From Podarcis vaucheri (taxonomy: Eukaryota), in NCBI GenBank assembly GCA_965113315.1, contig OZ220372.1: a stretch of 64,000 bases of DNA. The stretch is one strand, 5' to 3'. The position numbers were made by a program, and so were the translations under genes. The notes beneath the pieces were generated by a model, which saw only the letters and a program-made list of their open reading frames with translations, ran no database searches and was not told where the DNA came from. Within the stretch, counting starts at the first letter, position 1; every line of letters begins with the position of its first letter. Shown here one piece after another: positions 50,158 to 64,000 of this stretch.

Positions 50158-52000
50158 GTGACTGAGAAACCCCGGGTGTCGTGTCGTGTGTGATTCCTTC
50201 TAGAGCCATGCAAGAAATGCTTCCAATAAATCTTATCTGCCCCTTTACCATTCCTGCTTGTCTGTCTCATTCAGTCCCTCTGCTTTTTTTGCTAGTAGAC
50301 CCTCTTGGGCTTGGAAAATAACTGATCTTGTTAACAAGGTGTGATCACACAGGCACAGCAACACAAAACACATGGATGGTACTGCTTTAGTGATTCATAA
50401 AAATAGCTATCTAATGTCTTTGTTTAAACATAGACCTAGTAGGTGGCTTCTGAGAAAAAATTACTGTATAAATTATTTTATTGCTAGTGGTGCCATATGG
50501 AGTGATGACCATATGTGGCTCTAACCTGAATATTTTTGTGTATGAGGAGCAGTAATTAGGTACTCCAGTGGCTAAAGTTAAAACTATAAATGTTACTGAT
50601 CCAAAGGATGCAGCTAATCATCCTGGGTGAAGTTTCTGTTCAGAGAAATTACACATTTTGCTGCCTCTGTGCAGATTGCTGATGTTTAGCCATCAATTTT
50701 AAGAGAAGTTGCCAGTCAACTTTATGAATGCTTTTCTTAAGATTCCATTCAGGAACACAACTTGTTTTTACATCAGTCTTGACTCTACTGTTGTTGGTTT
50801 TTTTGAGGGGGGTGAGGCATCATAATTTTAAGCACAAGTACATTATCCCTTAGCAATGATCTTGTCTTTCAGTCTCTAATGCAGTCCTCTTTTTTGACAT
50901 ATTAAAGGTCTTCCTTTGAGTCTTCTCTTATTTTTTTAGGGGAGAAAGAGCTTTTGACAGCCACATGCTCATTGAGATATGTGAAACAGTGGCTGGCTTG
51001 AGTGCACAATTCAGTGGTTTGGTGGATTGCATTTTAAAAACCTGATCTATCCCATTAGGCTCATTCTGATGATTAGAATGACTAATTTTGGTTGAACTAT
51101 CTTTTGTCCATTGTAGTAATATTAAGAGAGGGGTTTAATCATCTTACATAATTTATTTCTTTTATGGCACATGGCGAACTGGTAAATAAAAGAATTGAAC
51201 AAAAGGCTTAGTTGCTTTTAGCACTGAGGGACAGTTGCTGTGACATGCTAATACTAAACTGCCTCCTTGTGTCCAGTGAGACAAGTTGTTCCAGCTAAAA
51301 CACACGCACATTATAACATGGCACACTGGGCAGTGATTTCATAAATTCTATCATTTATGACCCATGGGATATACCAGGGACAGACTCCTTATCAGAGTGA
51401 GAAGGAGAAATGAATCTTGTTAATATATTTAGCTTACAGATGTTGTCTGGTACTAGAAAATGGATTTTTAAATCACATCTGATTCTCTACACCAGGTCTG
51501 ATCAAATATTTTAAATTTTACAGCAGGAACCCTGTAAAAAAATCCCAAGTGCAGTCTTGACTTGACTGTTGACTGCTATAACTTTGTCTTACATAATTCC
51601 ATTACTTGAATTGGTTGCATTCATTGGAAAATATTGAGTCTGTAGGGGCTAGCTTTGTGAGAAGTGATTTTCCTTTTTGATTACATCAAGCATGAGAGAG
51701 AATATTTTGTCCAAATCAAACCCATTGTGCCAGTTCTACTTTACTCCTAGACCTTGGCATAAAATTGCAGTTTAAAATCTCTCAGGCATGAGATGGATCT
51801 TAGTTTTAATAGTCGGCTGCTTTCTTCCCTCCTTGTTTTTGCCCAATACAAATGATGAATTGGTCCTCCACATCTGTAGAGGAGTGAAGCAAATGGATCC
51901 TGCAAACTCCTTTTATCCTTGTTGTATCCAGATATGTTAGGCATTCTCTCACCAAAGCTGTTTAGGGGAAAATATTAACAATCTGGTGTCTTTCCTCTAG

Positions 52001-52194
52001 TTGATCGCATAGTTGGGCTGGATCAGGTGGCTGGCATGTCAGACACAGCATTGCCTGGGGCCTTTAAGACCAGGAAGGGCATGTTCCGAACAGTAGGACA
52101 GCTGTACAAGGAGCAACTGGCCAAGCTGATGGCTACCCTGAGGAACACCAACCCCAACTTTGTCCGTTGCATCATCCCCAACCATGAGAAGAAG
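52001..52194 (+). CDS. MYH9: MYH9 exon 16 (loop 2, actin binding)
   Basis: ctctag|TTG ... AAG|gtaatg, 194 nt. Confidence 0.96.
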
Positions 52195-53105
52195 GTAATG
52201 CATATCAAAAGAAGCATTGTACTATACAGTACTCACATATCAGAAGTGGAAGATTAATATAGATTGCCACTCTTGCCTGTATTACTGACTTCAGGGGTAG
52301 GGGATATTGAGGGGAAAAGCAGCTGTATCCCTACCTTTGTATGTGGCTGCTTTAGCTTGTCTTGGATTTTTTCTTGTTGTTAATTCTTTGCGAGATATGC
52401 TGTGTTTACTCACTATATGACTATTAGAAGGCACCTTTTCATTGCACTTGGAAAGATCTTCGCAAACCTAATGAGAAATAATGGCATTTACTTAGTACTA
52501 AAATAGTGAAGTATTTAATTATGCCCTAACTTTCCATTTTAAAGAACATCCTTAGTGACTTGCAGTGGGAGTAGGGGTTGAGAAACGAACTCTCCCCCCC
52601 CCATTAAAGAATACAGGAACAGTGTTTGTTGTTCGCTGGCTGGCTTACAATAAACGAAACATACAGCCTGGAATCCAACACTGCATGTGTAGCCTTCTGC
52701 TTGCACAATAGGACAAGACAACTTGCAACATGGGGAAAAAATAGCCGCAACATAACGAAAGTAATCGTAATGAATAAATAAGATTGCGAAAATACACAAC
52801 CAAACTAAACAATTTCCACACAAACCTCAAGATCTAAAATATACAAAAACCCATCAGCAACAACCCACCGCCAACTCAACAACACCCCAGCCCAAGATTC
52901 TGTTAAGTTGCCTCAGCTTTTGTAGCTGGAGTTATTCAGGGCCCCAACCTCCCAGGCCAGATGGGAAAAGGCTTGCAAGGCAGGGATGTTGAAGCATGAT
53001 TGTGACTGGACTTCTCTTGGAGGGGTGCAATTTAAGCTGCTAGAAATGCTCCTGTTGATTACCACCAGGGGATCCACAAGCATCTGCACTCATGTCCTAT
53101 AATAA

Positions 53106-53249
<144 letters not shown>

Positions 53250-53686
53250 TAAAACTGAGGCATTGGCTTTAATCTGCATGGTATTGAATGCATTATGTGA
53301 AGTGTTCGTAGGTTGTCAGAGGTCTCTGCATGTAGTTTGTAAAGATAATTGTCTTGCCAGTTAGCAGTCTATTCTTCATAGGCAGCCTTTTAAAGCCCCT
53401 GGTCAGCCTCAAGTAGTGTCAGAGGCCCACTCAGTAGTTATATGGTGTTAGCAGGCCAGGGTCTTGCTTCCAGGACCACTTTCACGACTCTTTTTGTCTG
53501 TGTTATCAGGTAACACCCCAGAGAGATCTTGAGTTGCATTCCTGCTAAGTGTGTTGAGACTTGACTGGGTACCCTTCTTGACAATAGTGGTTGTTACATT
53601 GAGTTTACATGTGCTTTATAAAAAAACTAGCCAAATACTCATACAAATATGAGCTAGTGATATAATGGTACCATCTTCCCTTTTAG

Positions 53687-53756
53687 ATATGAGATCCTGA
53701 CTCCAAATGCCATTCCCAAAGGGTTCATGGATGGAAAGCAAGCCTGTGTTCTGATG
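53687..53756 (+). CDS. MYH9: MYH9 exon 18 (converter)
   Basis: ttttag|ATA ... ATG|gtaagt, 70 nt. Confidence 0.96.
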
Positions 53757-54351
53757 GTAAGTCCTCTGCTCCTGTTGTTGATAACGTAAGAAGGGATTAG
53801 GGGAGCAATATACAATCCATTAGGTAGACATTTCAATAATTCATATTTAGTGTTCTTATGAAAAGTGTGCTTCTATTGATGACCTGCTGGACCTTGGCTT
53901 ATCACTAATGAATCATTACTGTGGAGCAGTGTTCTTAAGTTGTTGCAATTTCAAGATGGAACTGGCATGCGTCTGAATTCCACATTACCTCCTGATGGGT
54001 TTTTCATTCATGAGAAGGAGTATGTTTCAGGGCATGCTCTTCAACAATCACTGGTGACAGCAGCTCCTAAACCACATACATTTTAAAGATGCACTTACAG
54101 TGCAATCATAACCATGTCCTGTCAGGAGCAAGTCCTGTTGAATTACGTGGGCATTACTCCCTGGTAGTAGGAATTAGGATTACAGCCTTGGATTATTCTT
54201 TGTATGAGCATCTCAGCAGGAAAGCTCAGGTCTCTCTTATTTTCTTCAGTGGCATTAAGTCACCATGGAACAGTTATTGTGTGAAGAAATACACCGCATT
54301 GCATTCTCTTCATTAGTCAATGATAAATATTTTCTTCTCATTGCCATTTAG

Positions 54352-54531
<180 letters not shown>

Positions 54532-55114
54532 TAATCCTTCTTGTTAGCTAACATCTGCATCCAGTTGGCAATAAATTGCTAGCATTCTGAATTCTAGATA
54601 ACTTTGAAAAACACCATTTGGCCTAGGCTCATGATTTTCTAACAATTCAGGAAAGCTTGAGAGATTACTTCCAAGGTACACACAAGATGGAATATCTAAA
54701 TTCCAGGATGCTGAGCTTTCTGAAGTTCCCTCTTTACTGTAAAGCTTACATTTGAATCAAAGTAAAATGTTACCACACTCTTAAGAATGAATTGGCTCTG
54801 GAATTTTCATCACAATTTGTGCAAATACAAGAATAAAGCATCAAAATTATATTATGAAAAAGTGCTGGTGGCATTTGTTCCACTATGTGGTATTAACCCA
54901 GTAGGACAGAACTAGATTGAGATGGGAAATATGGAGTGACTGGTGACTGAGTCATCTCCCCCCCCCCCCCGCCAAATGTTCACACAAATAGTGGTAAAAG
55001 ACAAACAAAAGAAAGCAAACATAATGTTTGAATGGAAAAGGCATGATATAGTGGGAAAAGCAAATGAAATATTTTAATGCGGCTTTGTAAGTAGGGTATC
55101 TAGCTTTTATCTGA

Positions 55115-55279
<165 letters not shown>

Positions 55280-55510
55280 TGATAGGCAGTTAGGCTTCAG
55301 AGCCAAACAAGAGCATGTCATCCTCTCCCTTAAAGACACTGTCTCTGGTTCCATGTCCTGTGTTGCATACTTAGGATTGGCCCTCCTTCCAATGGACTTT
55401 GTTGGCCATTAGGAGGGACACCAGGGCTCTGAAACTGTGCAAGACAAAGCAAGTGTTCTGCAGCTGGCTGATAAGCGTGGGTAACTTGTGCTCCAATTGA
55501 TTCCCTACAG

Positions 55511-55642
55511 GTGAAGCCTTTGCTGCAAGTGAGCAGGCAGGAGGAGGAGATGCTGGCCAAAGAAGAAGAGTTGGTCAAAGTCAAGGAAAGGCAGCTGGCT
55601 GCAGAAAACAGAGTGTCTGAAATGGAAAATCTCCAGTCACAG
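55511..55642 (+). CDS. MYH9: MYH9 exon 21 (head-rod junction VKPLL)
   Basis: ctacag|GTG ... CAG|gtgaat, 132 nt. Confidence 0.96.
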
Positions 55643-56264
55643 GTGAATAGATGGTTGTCATTCATAAAAGTGGCCAATCAGCTCCTTTGTTACATATATG
55701 TGCTTGAAAGTCATGTAGTCATCATAGCTGATCTTGAATAGTGTTTTGTAAGTGAATGGTTCTTTGACGCACACTGCGCATTGGGGGCACAAGCTAAAGA
55801 GCTTGGGCACAGGCCCATAGAAGAATGCATATATGCTAATTTATAATTTATATCCAGCTGCCTCTGGACAAATTATAAGTGGGTGGCTTAAGGTCTCACC
55901 AGCATTGTGCTGTAAGCAAAGTTGTTATTATTTTTTAATAAGTTTAAAGAACAGGGTAGAAGTGGGCAGGGAATACATGCCCTGGCACACAAAATGGGCC
56001 TTGGACCCTCTGGGCCACCCTGCTAACAATGTACAAAGGTGTAATCAGGTTTGAATCTGAACTTCGTGTCTGATAGAGAAGGAATTGTATAAAGCTTTTA
56101 ATTCAAAATGTAGTGTAGTGTAATATCCGCCAGACTTCCGCTTCTTTTTCAGTGCACCATTGTGTGAATAAAATCCAGCAGGTTTTTAAAAAATAGCTGA
56201 TTCCATCTTTAGTAAAATAACAGAAGCCTCAGATTGACTTAAGAGATGTGTTTGTTTTGTGCAG

Positions 56265-56471
56265 CTCATGTCAGAGAAGATGCAGCTGCAAGAGCAGTTG
56301 CAAGCAGAAATTGAACTCTGTGCTGAGGCTGAAGAGATCAGAGCTCGCCTGCAAACAAAGAAACAGGAGCTAGAGGAGATCTGTCATGACTTGGAGGCAA
56401 GAGTGGAGGAAGAGGAGGAGCGGTGCCAGCATCTGCAAGCTGAGAAAAAGAAAATGCAGCAGAACATTCAG
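56265..56471 (+). CDS. MYH9: MYH9 exon 22 (coiled coil)
   Basis: gtgcag|CTC ... CAG|gtaatg, 207 nt. Confidence 0.96.
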
Positions 56472-56718
56472 GTAATGGGCTATAATTTAACACTCAGCAG
56501 CTGTTATAATCTTTGGTACATAGTGGCGTCTCAGTAGGAAGTGTAGAAAATGATGCTGCTTCAGGTAAACCCTGGGACCATGTTTGTTTGCTCATCTCAT
56601 GACTAGCTGTTGATATGCATAGACCAATGTATGGCCTCGTGACCATTTTAAAAGTATGGTAAGCGGTCCAATGTTTATCTAGCTAATAAATGCATATATT
56701 CTCTTGTTCCTTGTACAG

Positions 56719-56856
56719 GAACTTGAAGAGCAATTGGAGGAAGAGGAAAGTGCCAGACAAAAGTTACAGCTGGAGAAAGTGACCACTGAAGCAAAATTGA
56801 AGAAGCTGGAGGAAGATCTGATAGTTTTTGAAGATCAGAACTGCAAACTGGCCAAG
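56719..56856 (+). CDS. MYH9: MYH9 exon 23
   Basis: gtacag|GAA ... AAG|gtaaag, 138 nt. Confidence 0.96.
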
Positions 56857-58312
56857 GTAAAGCAGAAACAGAGCTCCCGTGTAGTGGGATGATAGGAGGA
56901 AGGAAATATAGACAGCATCCATGAGAACTGAGGTGCTCTTGTTATTGGCTTTCTTTGGCATGTTGGTGCCACCTGACAGAGATTACTAAAGATATACTTT
57001 GCATGAAGGAGCTGATATTCTATCCACATGCAATTTCATTGGCCTACTGGGCAGATACCATCTTCATATCACCTTTCTGAAAGAGTTCATGCAACCTGGG
57101 ATTTCCCCTCACCCCTGGCACTCCCAGCTTCATCTAGAGTTGCAGCCGAGTTTTCGTGAGCAAGCTATTAGGAAATCATAGCTGTGTCCAAATCGGAATG
57201 TTCTAATTTGGATAGAAAATAACATATTGTTGTACTGGTTCCAGTAAAAGGATTTTTTAATTTTAGCAAGTCTGTTCTAGAAGAATCCTGTCAAAGCACT
57301 GGAAGAGTCAAAGTACTATTTTAATTCAGCCCCTGTGCTGAACAGCAGGACCACCCACACACCAGCCCTTTGCAAATTAATCAGATTTTTTGCTGCAGTT
57401 TGCATGAGCCCAGGAATACATAGAATATCTGAATAACTGTACCTTGGCTGAAAAAGCAAGGCATAACTACTTAGTAGAAAAATGGATCAGAAAAATGGAT
57501 TAAAAAAAATGGTGAGGATGGTTACATTTTGTCCTGTGAAAAGTACATAGAGGAAGTAGGGGAAAGCATCACTCTTCCAACATAATACTTCATTTCTAAG
57601 TGCTTTTCAAGACTCATTTATTTTACCCAGCAAATATGTATGCATGTGCTTTCTGTCCCATGCCCTTGGAGGCGGCGGCGGGGGGGGGGGGGGAGAGAGA
57701 TCTGGGGAAGCAGAGACACCATGAGCAGCATATTAATCTTTATCATATAGTCAAGAGGTATCTAGTAATCTTCCTGGGAAAGTAGGTGGGCCAAACAGTT
57801 GAGCTCTCTTAAAAGTTCATTCTTGTGGCTGTTAGAGCAGTACAGGATTCCTGATCCAAACAAGCTGATCCCTGTTCAAGCCTTCATTACAGTAGGTACC
57901 ACACACATGGAGGAGTCAGTGGGAATGGCCAAGACTAGCCCTGCTCCTTCAACACTACCCCAGGCTCATGAGTACTGAATGCCTAAATAGAACACAAACT
58001 AGATTGCAGCACTCCAGTGCTGAATGAGAATTGGGGTATCAAATGCCCACTTGCTTCTGAGAGAACATTAGGCTGTTTGCATCAAAACTAAACACTGCTG
58101 TCTTTTAATAAAATACGAAGCCTGAGTAGTATTGGTAGCTATTCCACTGTGTTTGGGTGATCTTCAACCCTTGTGACACTTCCAGGGTATTTGCTTTCTA
58201 ATGAAAAATCAAAAGCATTGCAAAGAGTTGTTAAGGTATTCTCAACTGGCTGCAGGTATTCTCAAATACCTGTATTGTTTCTTCAATACAACTCATACCT
58301 TGTTTCCCCCAG

Positions 58313-58436
58313 GAAAAGAAATTACTGGAAGAAAGGATTGCAGAATTCACCAGTAACTTAACTGAGGAAGAGGAGAAGTCAAAGAGTTTAGCTAAACTCA
58401 AGAACAAGCACGAGACTATGATTACAGAGCTGGAAG
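58313..58436 (+). CDS. MYH9: MYH9 exon 24
   Basis: ccccag|GAA ... AAG|gtaggg, 124 nt, [16 protein letters not shown]... Confidence 0.96.
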
Positions 58437-59132
58437 GTAGGGAAGGGCCTAAGAGTGTGGCTTTAATCAGCTTTTCCTCCATCAGCATCTCTCTCTCTGC
58501 ACAGTGTGTTGTACATTTCTGACCATGTTGGCTTTTAATGGGTTAATACCACTGGGTTTGTAGGACAGGTATTGATCAGTTTAATAGAACCATTCAGTGT
58601 ATGGATGGCTGAAGGTTACACACTGCCAGCTTAGCTTTAGTTTGAACAAAAACAAACCTCTAAAACAGCCCAATGGAGAAGAGCAGCTGGTTCCATTTCG
58701 CCTCCTGCTGTGGGAATATTTCTGCTCTTGTGTATTCGGTGATACCGGAATCCTGGGGTTTGTGCTGCTTCTACTACTGACTTTAAAAGATAAGTTTGTG
58801 GCATTGCTAATAAAGCTGGCATATATGCCGTTGCTTAATTTGACTTTAAAAAAAAAAGACTGAGGGCATTTTCAGCATTGTGCTCAGAATGCCTGTGGTG
58901 GTTTTCCACAGCTGGAAATAGTACTGTCTGCCTTAACTGAACAGTCTTATGGAGGGGATTGAATGAACACTGAGGAGTTTGAAGGGCAATACCGTCAAAC
59001 TCACTCTTTGACATGGGTACCTGAACTGGGAGCTGTTACTGTGGCCCATAATTGTTGACACATTTGGATGCAGGTTCTGGCACTCTGGCTCTTCGCATGA
59101 AGTATTGCTTAGGGCTATAAGAGCCAAGATGA

Positions 59133-59336
<204 letters not shown>

Positions 59337-59887
59337 TAAGGCCTTGGTCATGGAATTAAATGTCTACGTGGAAATTAGGAAAAGCAATAAATTTTCCTTT
59401 GTGTTCTTTTAGCTGGAATCCTGAGATTTCTCTAAATGGTTTTAGGAATGAAAGACCTCAGTTTAGCTGGTAACCCTGTTTCATGCAACTGCAAATGTTG
59501 TATCGGAAGGAAGTTAATTTTTAAATGGGATCTGTTGCAGAAATTACTGGTCTGCATAGCTTGATAAGATCAGGAGGCAGCAATAAAGTAAATAGTTGGC
59601 ATGTGCTGTGGACCATAGAAGTTCTGTGCCATAAATTAAGCTCCCACTTCAACCTCTCCAACTTAGTACAGTATTGACCTTCTATTTTGTCTTGGAGGCT
59701 GAAACGAAGCATTTCTAGTACAAGCCAACTATGGTTATAACAAGGCCAGAGCACTGGTGTGTTGTCAGGTTAGCATTCAACACTAACTTCTGTTGCAGTG
59801 CATCCCTAACCTGTTTCTGCATTCGCTGGGACTTACTTGCAACTTAAGTGTGTAGAATCGCAGCATTAGTAACTTTCTTGTAGATAA

Positions 59888-60163
<276 letters not shown>

Positions 60164-60425
60164 TAGCTGCAACGTTCGGTGTTTGATACTGCTCAGACCA
60201 ATTCCACCTCTTCAAAATATAGAGGGGAATAGTGGGTCCAGCAGATTTTACACTTCCAGTGGAACTTGTTGCAAAACTTATTCTTCCTATGCCATGTTGT
60301 TCCTTTCAATTTGTACTTTAGTAGCTCCACAAATAAGTGCCAATCTTCCAATTGCACCCTTGGAACTCATATTGCACTGCATTCTCAACTACTATCTAAT
60401 AGAAATATATCTGCCTTTTAAAAAG

Positions 60426-60570
60426 GTCAAAACGTGAACAAGAAGTGACTATTCTAAAGAAGACTCTGGATGATGAGGCAAAGACCCATGAGGCACAGAT
60501 CCAGGAGATGAGGCAGAAACATGCCCAGGCTGTGGAAGAACTGGCAGAGCAGTTGGAGCAGACTAAACGG
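60426..60570 (+). CDS. MYH9: MYH9 exon 27
   Basis: ttttaaaaag|GTC ... CGG|gtgtgt, 145 nt, [14 protein letters not shown]... Confidence 0.94.
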
Positions 60571-61059
60571 GTGTGTGAGATGTTGGAAAGTTTTTAGTGT
60601 GCAACATATTGTGCTTTTACTATTTTTTGTTGGGAGCTGCCCAGAAATTTTTCCACCCCCCCCCCGAGTGCGTAAAGCTGAAAGCGCTCAAATTAAATGG
60701 GCATAAATTGCTAGTTACCTGTAATTTGAGAGAGCAATGTTGCTGAATTGTGCATATTCTTGCTTACCACCTACTTTTATGAATACATTAGTATTAACTA
60801 CCTAGAATCTTTTTAGTTTCCTTTATTGCCATGAACATCCTGCCTAAGTGAGGATGAAGCTTTAATTCATAGCATCACCTGTACAGCTGTGGAAACCTGC
60901 AGATTTATTGCTCAAATAGTGTTTGGGATGCTGAGCCCAAATTGCAAATCTGTCTTTTGCATCAGGACCACAATTTGGAATAATGGGCTATGAATTTGTT
61001 AGTGAAATCAAATTTTCTGCAAAGACCACACTAAAGCTTTCTGTTCCCGTCTCCTTCAG

Positions 61060-61266
61060 GTGAAAGTGAACCTTGAAAAGGCAAAGCAGGCACTAGAGAG
61101 TGAACGTGCTGAGCTGTCCAATGAGGTGAAAGTTCTTCTTCAAGCCAAAGGAGACTCTGAGCACAAGAGGAAGAGGGGTGAAACTCAACTTCAAGAGCTA
61201 CAAGTGAAATTCACAGAGGGGGAGAGAGTACGAACTGAGCTGGCTGAGAGAGTTAACAAATTGCAG
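61060..61266 (+). CDS. MYH9: MYH9 exon 28
   Basis: cttcag|GTG ... CAG|gtgagc, 207 nt. Confidence 0.96.
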
Positions 61267-61730
61267 GTGAGCTTTCTGTGTTGGTTCCATTTGCCCTCCT
61301 ATTCATTGTGTTCTGGTTTTTAGCACAGAATTTAGAGTGGGAAGTGGGGGAGAATTGGGTTGGGGCTGCAGTGCTGCTTTACTCCTCCTGAAGTTTTGAC
61401 TCTCAGCTGTTCTAACATGATCCGTATTTATGTTGTTACTTTTCAGCCCCAGTAACTTGCATTAAACAAAAAGCTCGTTTGGAGATAATATGAATTAGTC
61501 CACTATCCCTTGATTACACCAACTGGGGACAATAAGCCGATAGCTGAAGTGGTGGGTGGTAGTTCTGATGGGCATCAAGTGCCTAAAACTCCTGTTGTTT
61601 AGCCTTAACTAGTATGGAGTGATTTATGACGATGCTGCAGTTTCTCTCCTGCTCAACAGAGGGGAAAATTGATAGTAAATGGAAGCTCTTTATTAATGGG
61701 ATTGGTTTGACTTTTCTTCTAATTTTTCAG

Positions 61731-61835
61731 GTTGAGTTGGACAATGTCACTGGTCTTCTGAATCAATCTGACAGCAAGTCAATTAAACTGGCCAAAGATT
61801 TCTCTACGCTGGAGTCTCAGCTACAGGACACACAG
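61731..61835 (+). CDS. MYH9: MYH9 exon 29
   Basis: tttcag|GTT ... CAG|gtgagg, 105 nt. Confidence 0.96.
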
Positions 61836-61896
61836 GTGAGGCTTTAAAGTGCTACAGAAATAGGTGAAAAATCAATTAGCTACACCAAAATGTGGC

Positions 61897-62240
61897 AGGG
61901 ATGCAGTTGGCGCTGTGGTCTAAACCACAGAGCCTAGGGATTGCCAATCAGAAGGTTGGCGGTTCAAATCCCCGTGACGGTCCCAGCTCCTGCCCACCTA
62001 GCAGTTCGAAAGCACGTCAAAGTGCAAGTAGATAAATAGGTACCGCTGCAGTGGGAAGGTAAACAGCGTTTCTGTGCGCTGCTCTGGTTCGCCAGAAGCA
62101 GCTTATTCATGCTGGCCACATGATCCGGAAGCTGTCTGCAGACAAACACCGGCTCCCTTGGCCTATAGAACGAGAGGAGCGCGCAACCCGAGTCGTCCGC
62201 GACTGGATCTAATGGTCAGGGGTACCTTTTCCTTTATCTT
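61897..62240 (+). mobile_element. Sauria SINE, older A-related copy with internal deletions
   Basis: AGGGATGCAGTTGGCGCTGTGG head, ACCTTT-like tail, degenerate flanking repeat TAC(A/T)CCAAAATG. Confidence 0.9.
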
Positions 62241-63148
62241 TACTCCAAAATGCAAACCTAATATATAAACCTGATTAATCATGACAGATCTGTTAGACTG
62301 ACAGAAAAATACAGACTGCAGAACAGCGGATGAGGTCCCCACAAATAGTGGTTGATATTTGTAACCAAAATACGTGACCACCAGAATCTTCTTCCTTCCC
62401 TAATGGGGATATATCTGTCACAATGAGCTATAGAGTTGCTCTGAACAACTTCAGGCTTGGGAGGAGGCCTGTGGTTCCTCAAAGTCCATGTTTTGGAAGC
62501 ACAGTGCAACTGGATGAGCCCCAACCCTCCTTCCAAGCTTGGAGCAGGGAATTGTACTTGCAATCAGGCTACATTTTGAACGTGTTCTGAGAACATAAGA
62601 CGCACAGGAGAACTGCAGTCATGATCCCCTCTTCACCGTTCCAAGCTCAGAAACAGATTTTAGGGTTAACCATGTTTGTCAGATTCAGAGTAGTGGTGGT
62701 GCAGGTTTCTGCATATAATCTATAATCTCTGAGGAGTTTGGCAATACTTTATATTAAGAGTAGTTAACTTTAGCTTCTTTTTGTAACTATAGTTGCAACA
62801 CAGATCAAAGTCTAGAGCAATTTAGATATACCAGTCTTCATAATCTCCTTATAACAGCTTGTCTGTCATGCTGCTCCCCTCCAAATGCCTTGTGCCGCTA
62901 CTGGAATGTGGGCTTCCACTGGCAATTCATCCCAAGGGCCACATAACTTTTTGAGGGGAATCTCCACTAGTCTACTAAACTACATTTTGTGGGTCACTCC
63001 AACTGATTTCTGGGGACAAATTAGCTTGCTCAGTGGTATTGAGCCATTGTTTAAGGTTCTCTCTGCTTCAGATGTGATATATATTTGGAAAATTTTACCG
63101 GACTTTTCATCATAAGAGACCAAATCTTTGTTGTGGTGGCTCTTGCAG

Positions 63149-63301
63149 GAGTTACTTCAGGAGGAAACTCGTCAGAAGCTGAGCCTCAGTACTAAGCTGA
63201 AACAGATGGAAGATGAGAAGAACAGCTTCAAAGAGCAACTAGAGGAAGAGGAGGAGGCAAAGAAGAACTTGGAAAAACAGATTTCTGTCCTTCAGCTTCA
63301 G
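63149..63301 (+). CDS. MYH9: MYH9 exon 30
   Basis: ttgcag|GAG ... CAG|gtactc, 153 nt. Confidence 0.96.
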
Positions 63302-63764
63302 GTACTCTAGAAGACTTGAGGAAAGAATGTCCAAATGTAGCTTACAAGGCAGTAGTATGCCTTTTGAATGGCATGCTGGATTCTGCATGGGAAATATGAA
63401 TTTGGTAGCCAAAACAAGCTCTTTTGAAAGTTGTTTTGTCTAATTAAATAGGAACTGTCTTTCTGATGTCTGATAGAGCTGTCCTAGAAACAGTCCAACC
63501 CTGGGAAATATTCCTGGAATTCAGTGGTCATATCCCACTGTTGCATCTTAGTCAGCAAGTGATGACGCTTTTGTTTTGGCAAGTCTCACCATGGAACACT
63601 CTCCCTAAAGATAGTTCATACCTTCACAAAAAATTATAGTTTTCTTTTTAGTGACTCACTGTTACTTGTAAGTTGCAAAATGGTGTTCAATCCCCACATC
63701 TTTTCTTTGCTTCCTTAAAAAATTAATTATTCCTTTTCCCCACCCGCTTGCTTCTGTCACATAG

Positions 63765-64000
63765 GTTGCAGAAATGAAGAAGAAAATGGATGATAGTGTG
63801 GTTTGTCTGGAGTCAGTGGAAGAAGCAAAGAAGAAGCTTCTGAAAGATTTGGAGGCCATGACCCAACGTTATGAGGAAAAGGCAGCTGCCTATGACAAGC
63901 TGGAAAAGACAAAGACCAGGCTTCAGCAGGAGCTGGATGATATTTCTGTGGATTTGGATCATCAGCGGCAGATAGTCTCCAACCTGGAGAAAAAACAAAA
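63765..64000 (+). CDS. MYH9: MYH9 exon 31 (runs off window end)
   Basis: acatag|[19 protein letters not shown]...[27 protein letters not shown] open to window end. Confidence 0.95.

Overview
Vertebrate genomic DNA, almost certainly a squamate and probably a lacertid lizard (judged from Sauria/Squam1 SINEs and lizard MITE families). The whole window lies inside one + strand gene, MYH9 (non-muscle myosin heavy chain IIA). It opens in intron 1 (no exon 1 or CpG island seen), contains coding exons 2-30 complete and ends inside exon 31. The exons splice into one open frame of about 1443 codons: SH3-like domain, motor, IQ neck and the first half of the coiled-coil rod. Splicing features: a U12-type intron 7, an intact 63-nt in-frame loop-2 cassette exon homologous to the MYH10 B2 insert, and a candidate frameshifting microexon at loop 1. 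Introns hold seven Sauria SINEs of two subfamilies. Three copies are about 99% identical and flank the start-codon exon in opposite orientations, and the two subfamilies differ by compensatory base-pair changes. Also present: tRNA-derived SINEs, a young L2 fragment with a templated junction insert, many hAT and Tc1/mariner MITEs (one carrying TTAGGG repeats, one with an apparent 6-bp TSD), and a duplicated ~140-bp non-coding block in intron 1. No clearly new gene system was found; most ORF-track entries are intronic noise. Comparisons to human MYH9/MYH10 and repeat family names are from recall, not database searches.
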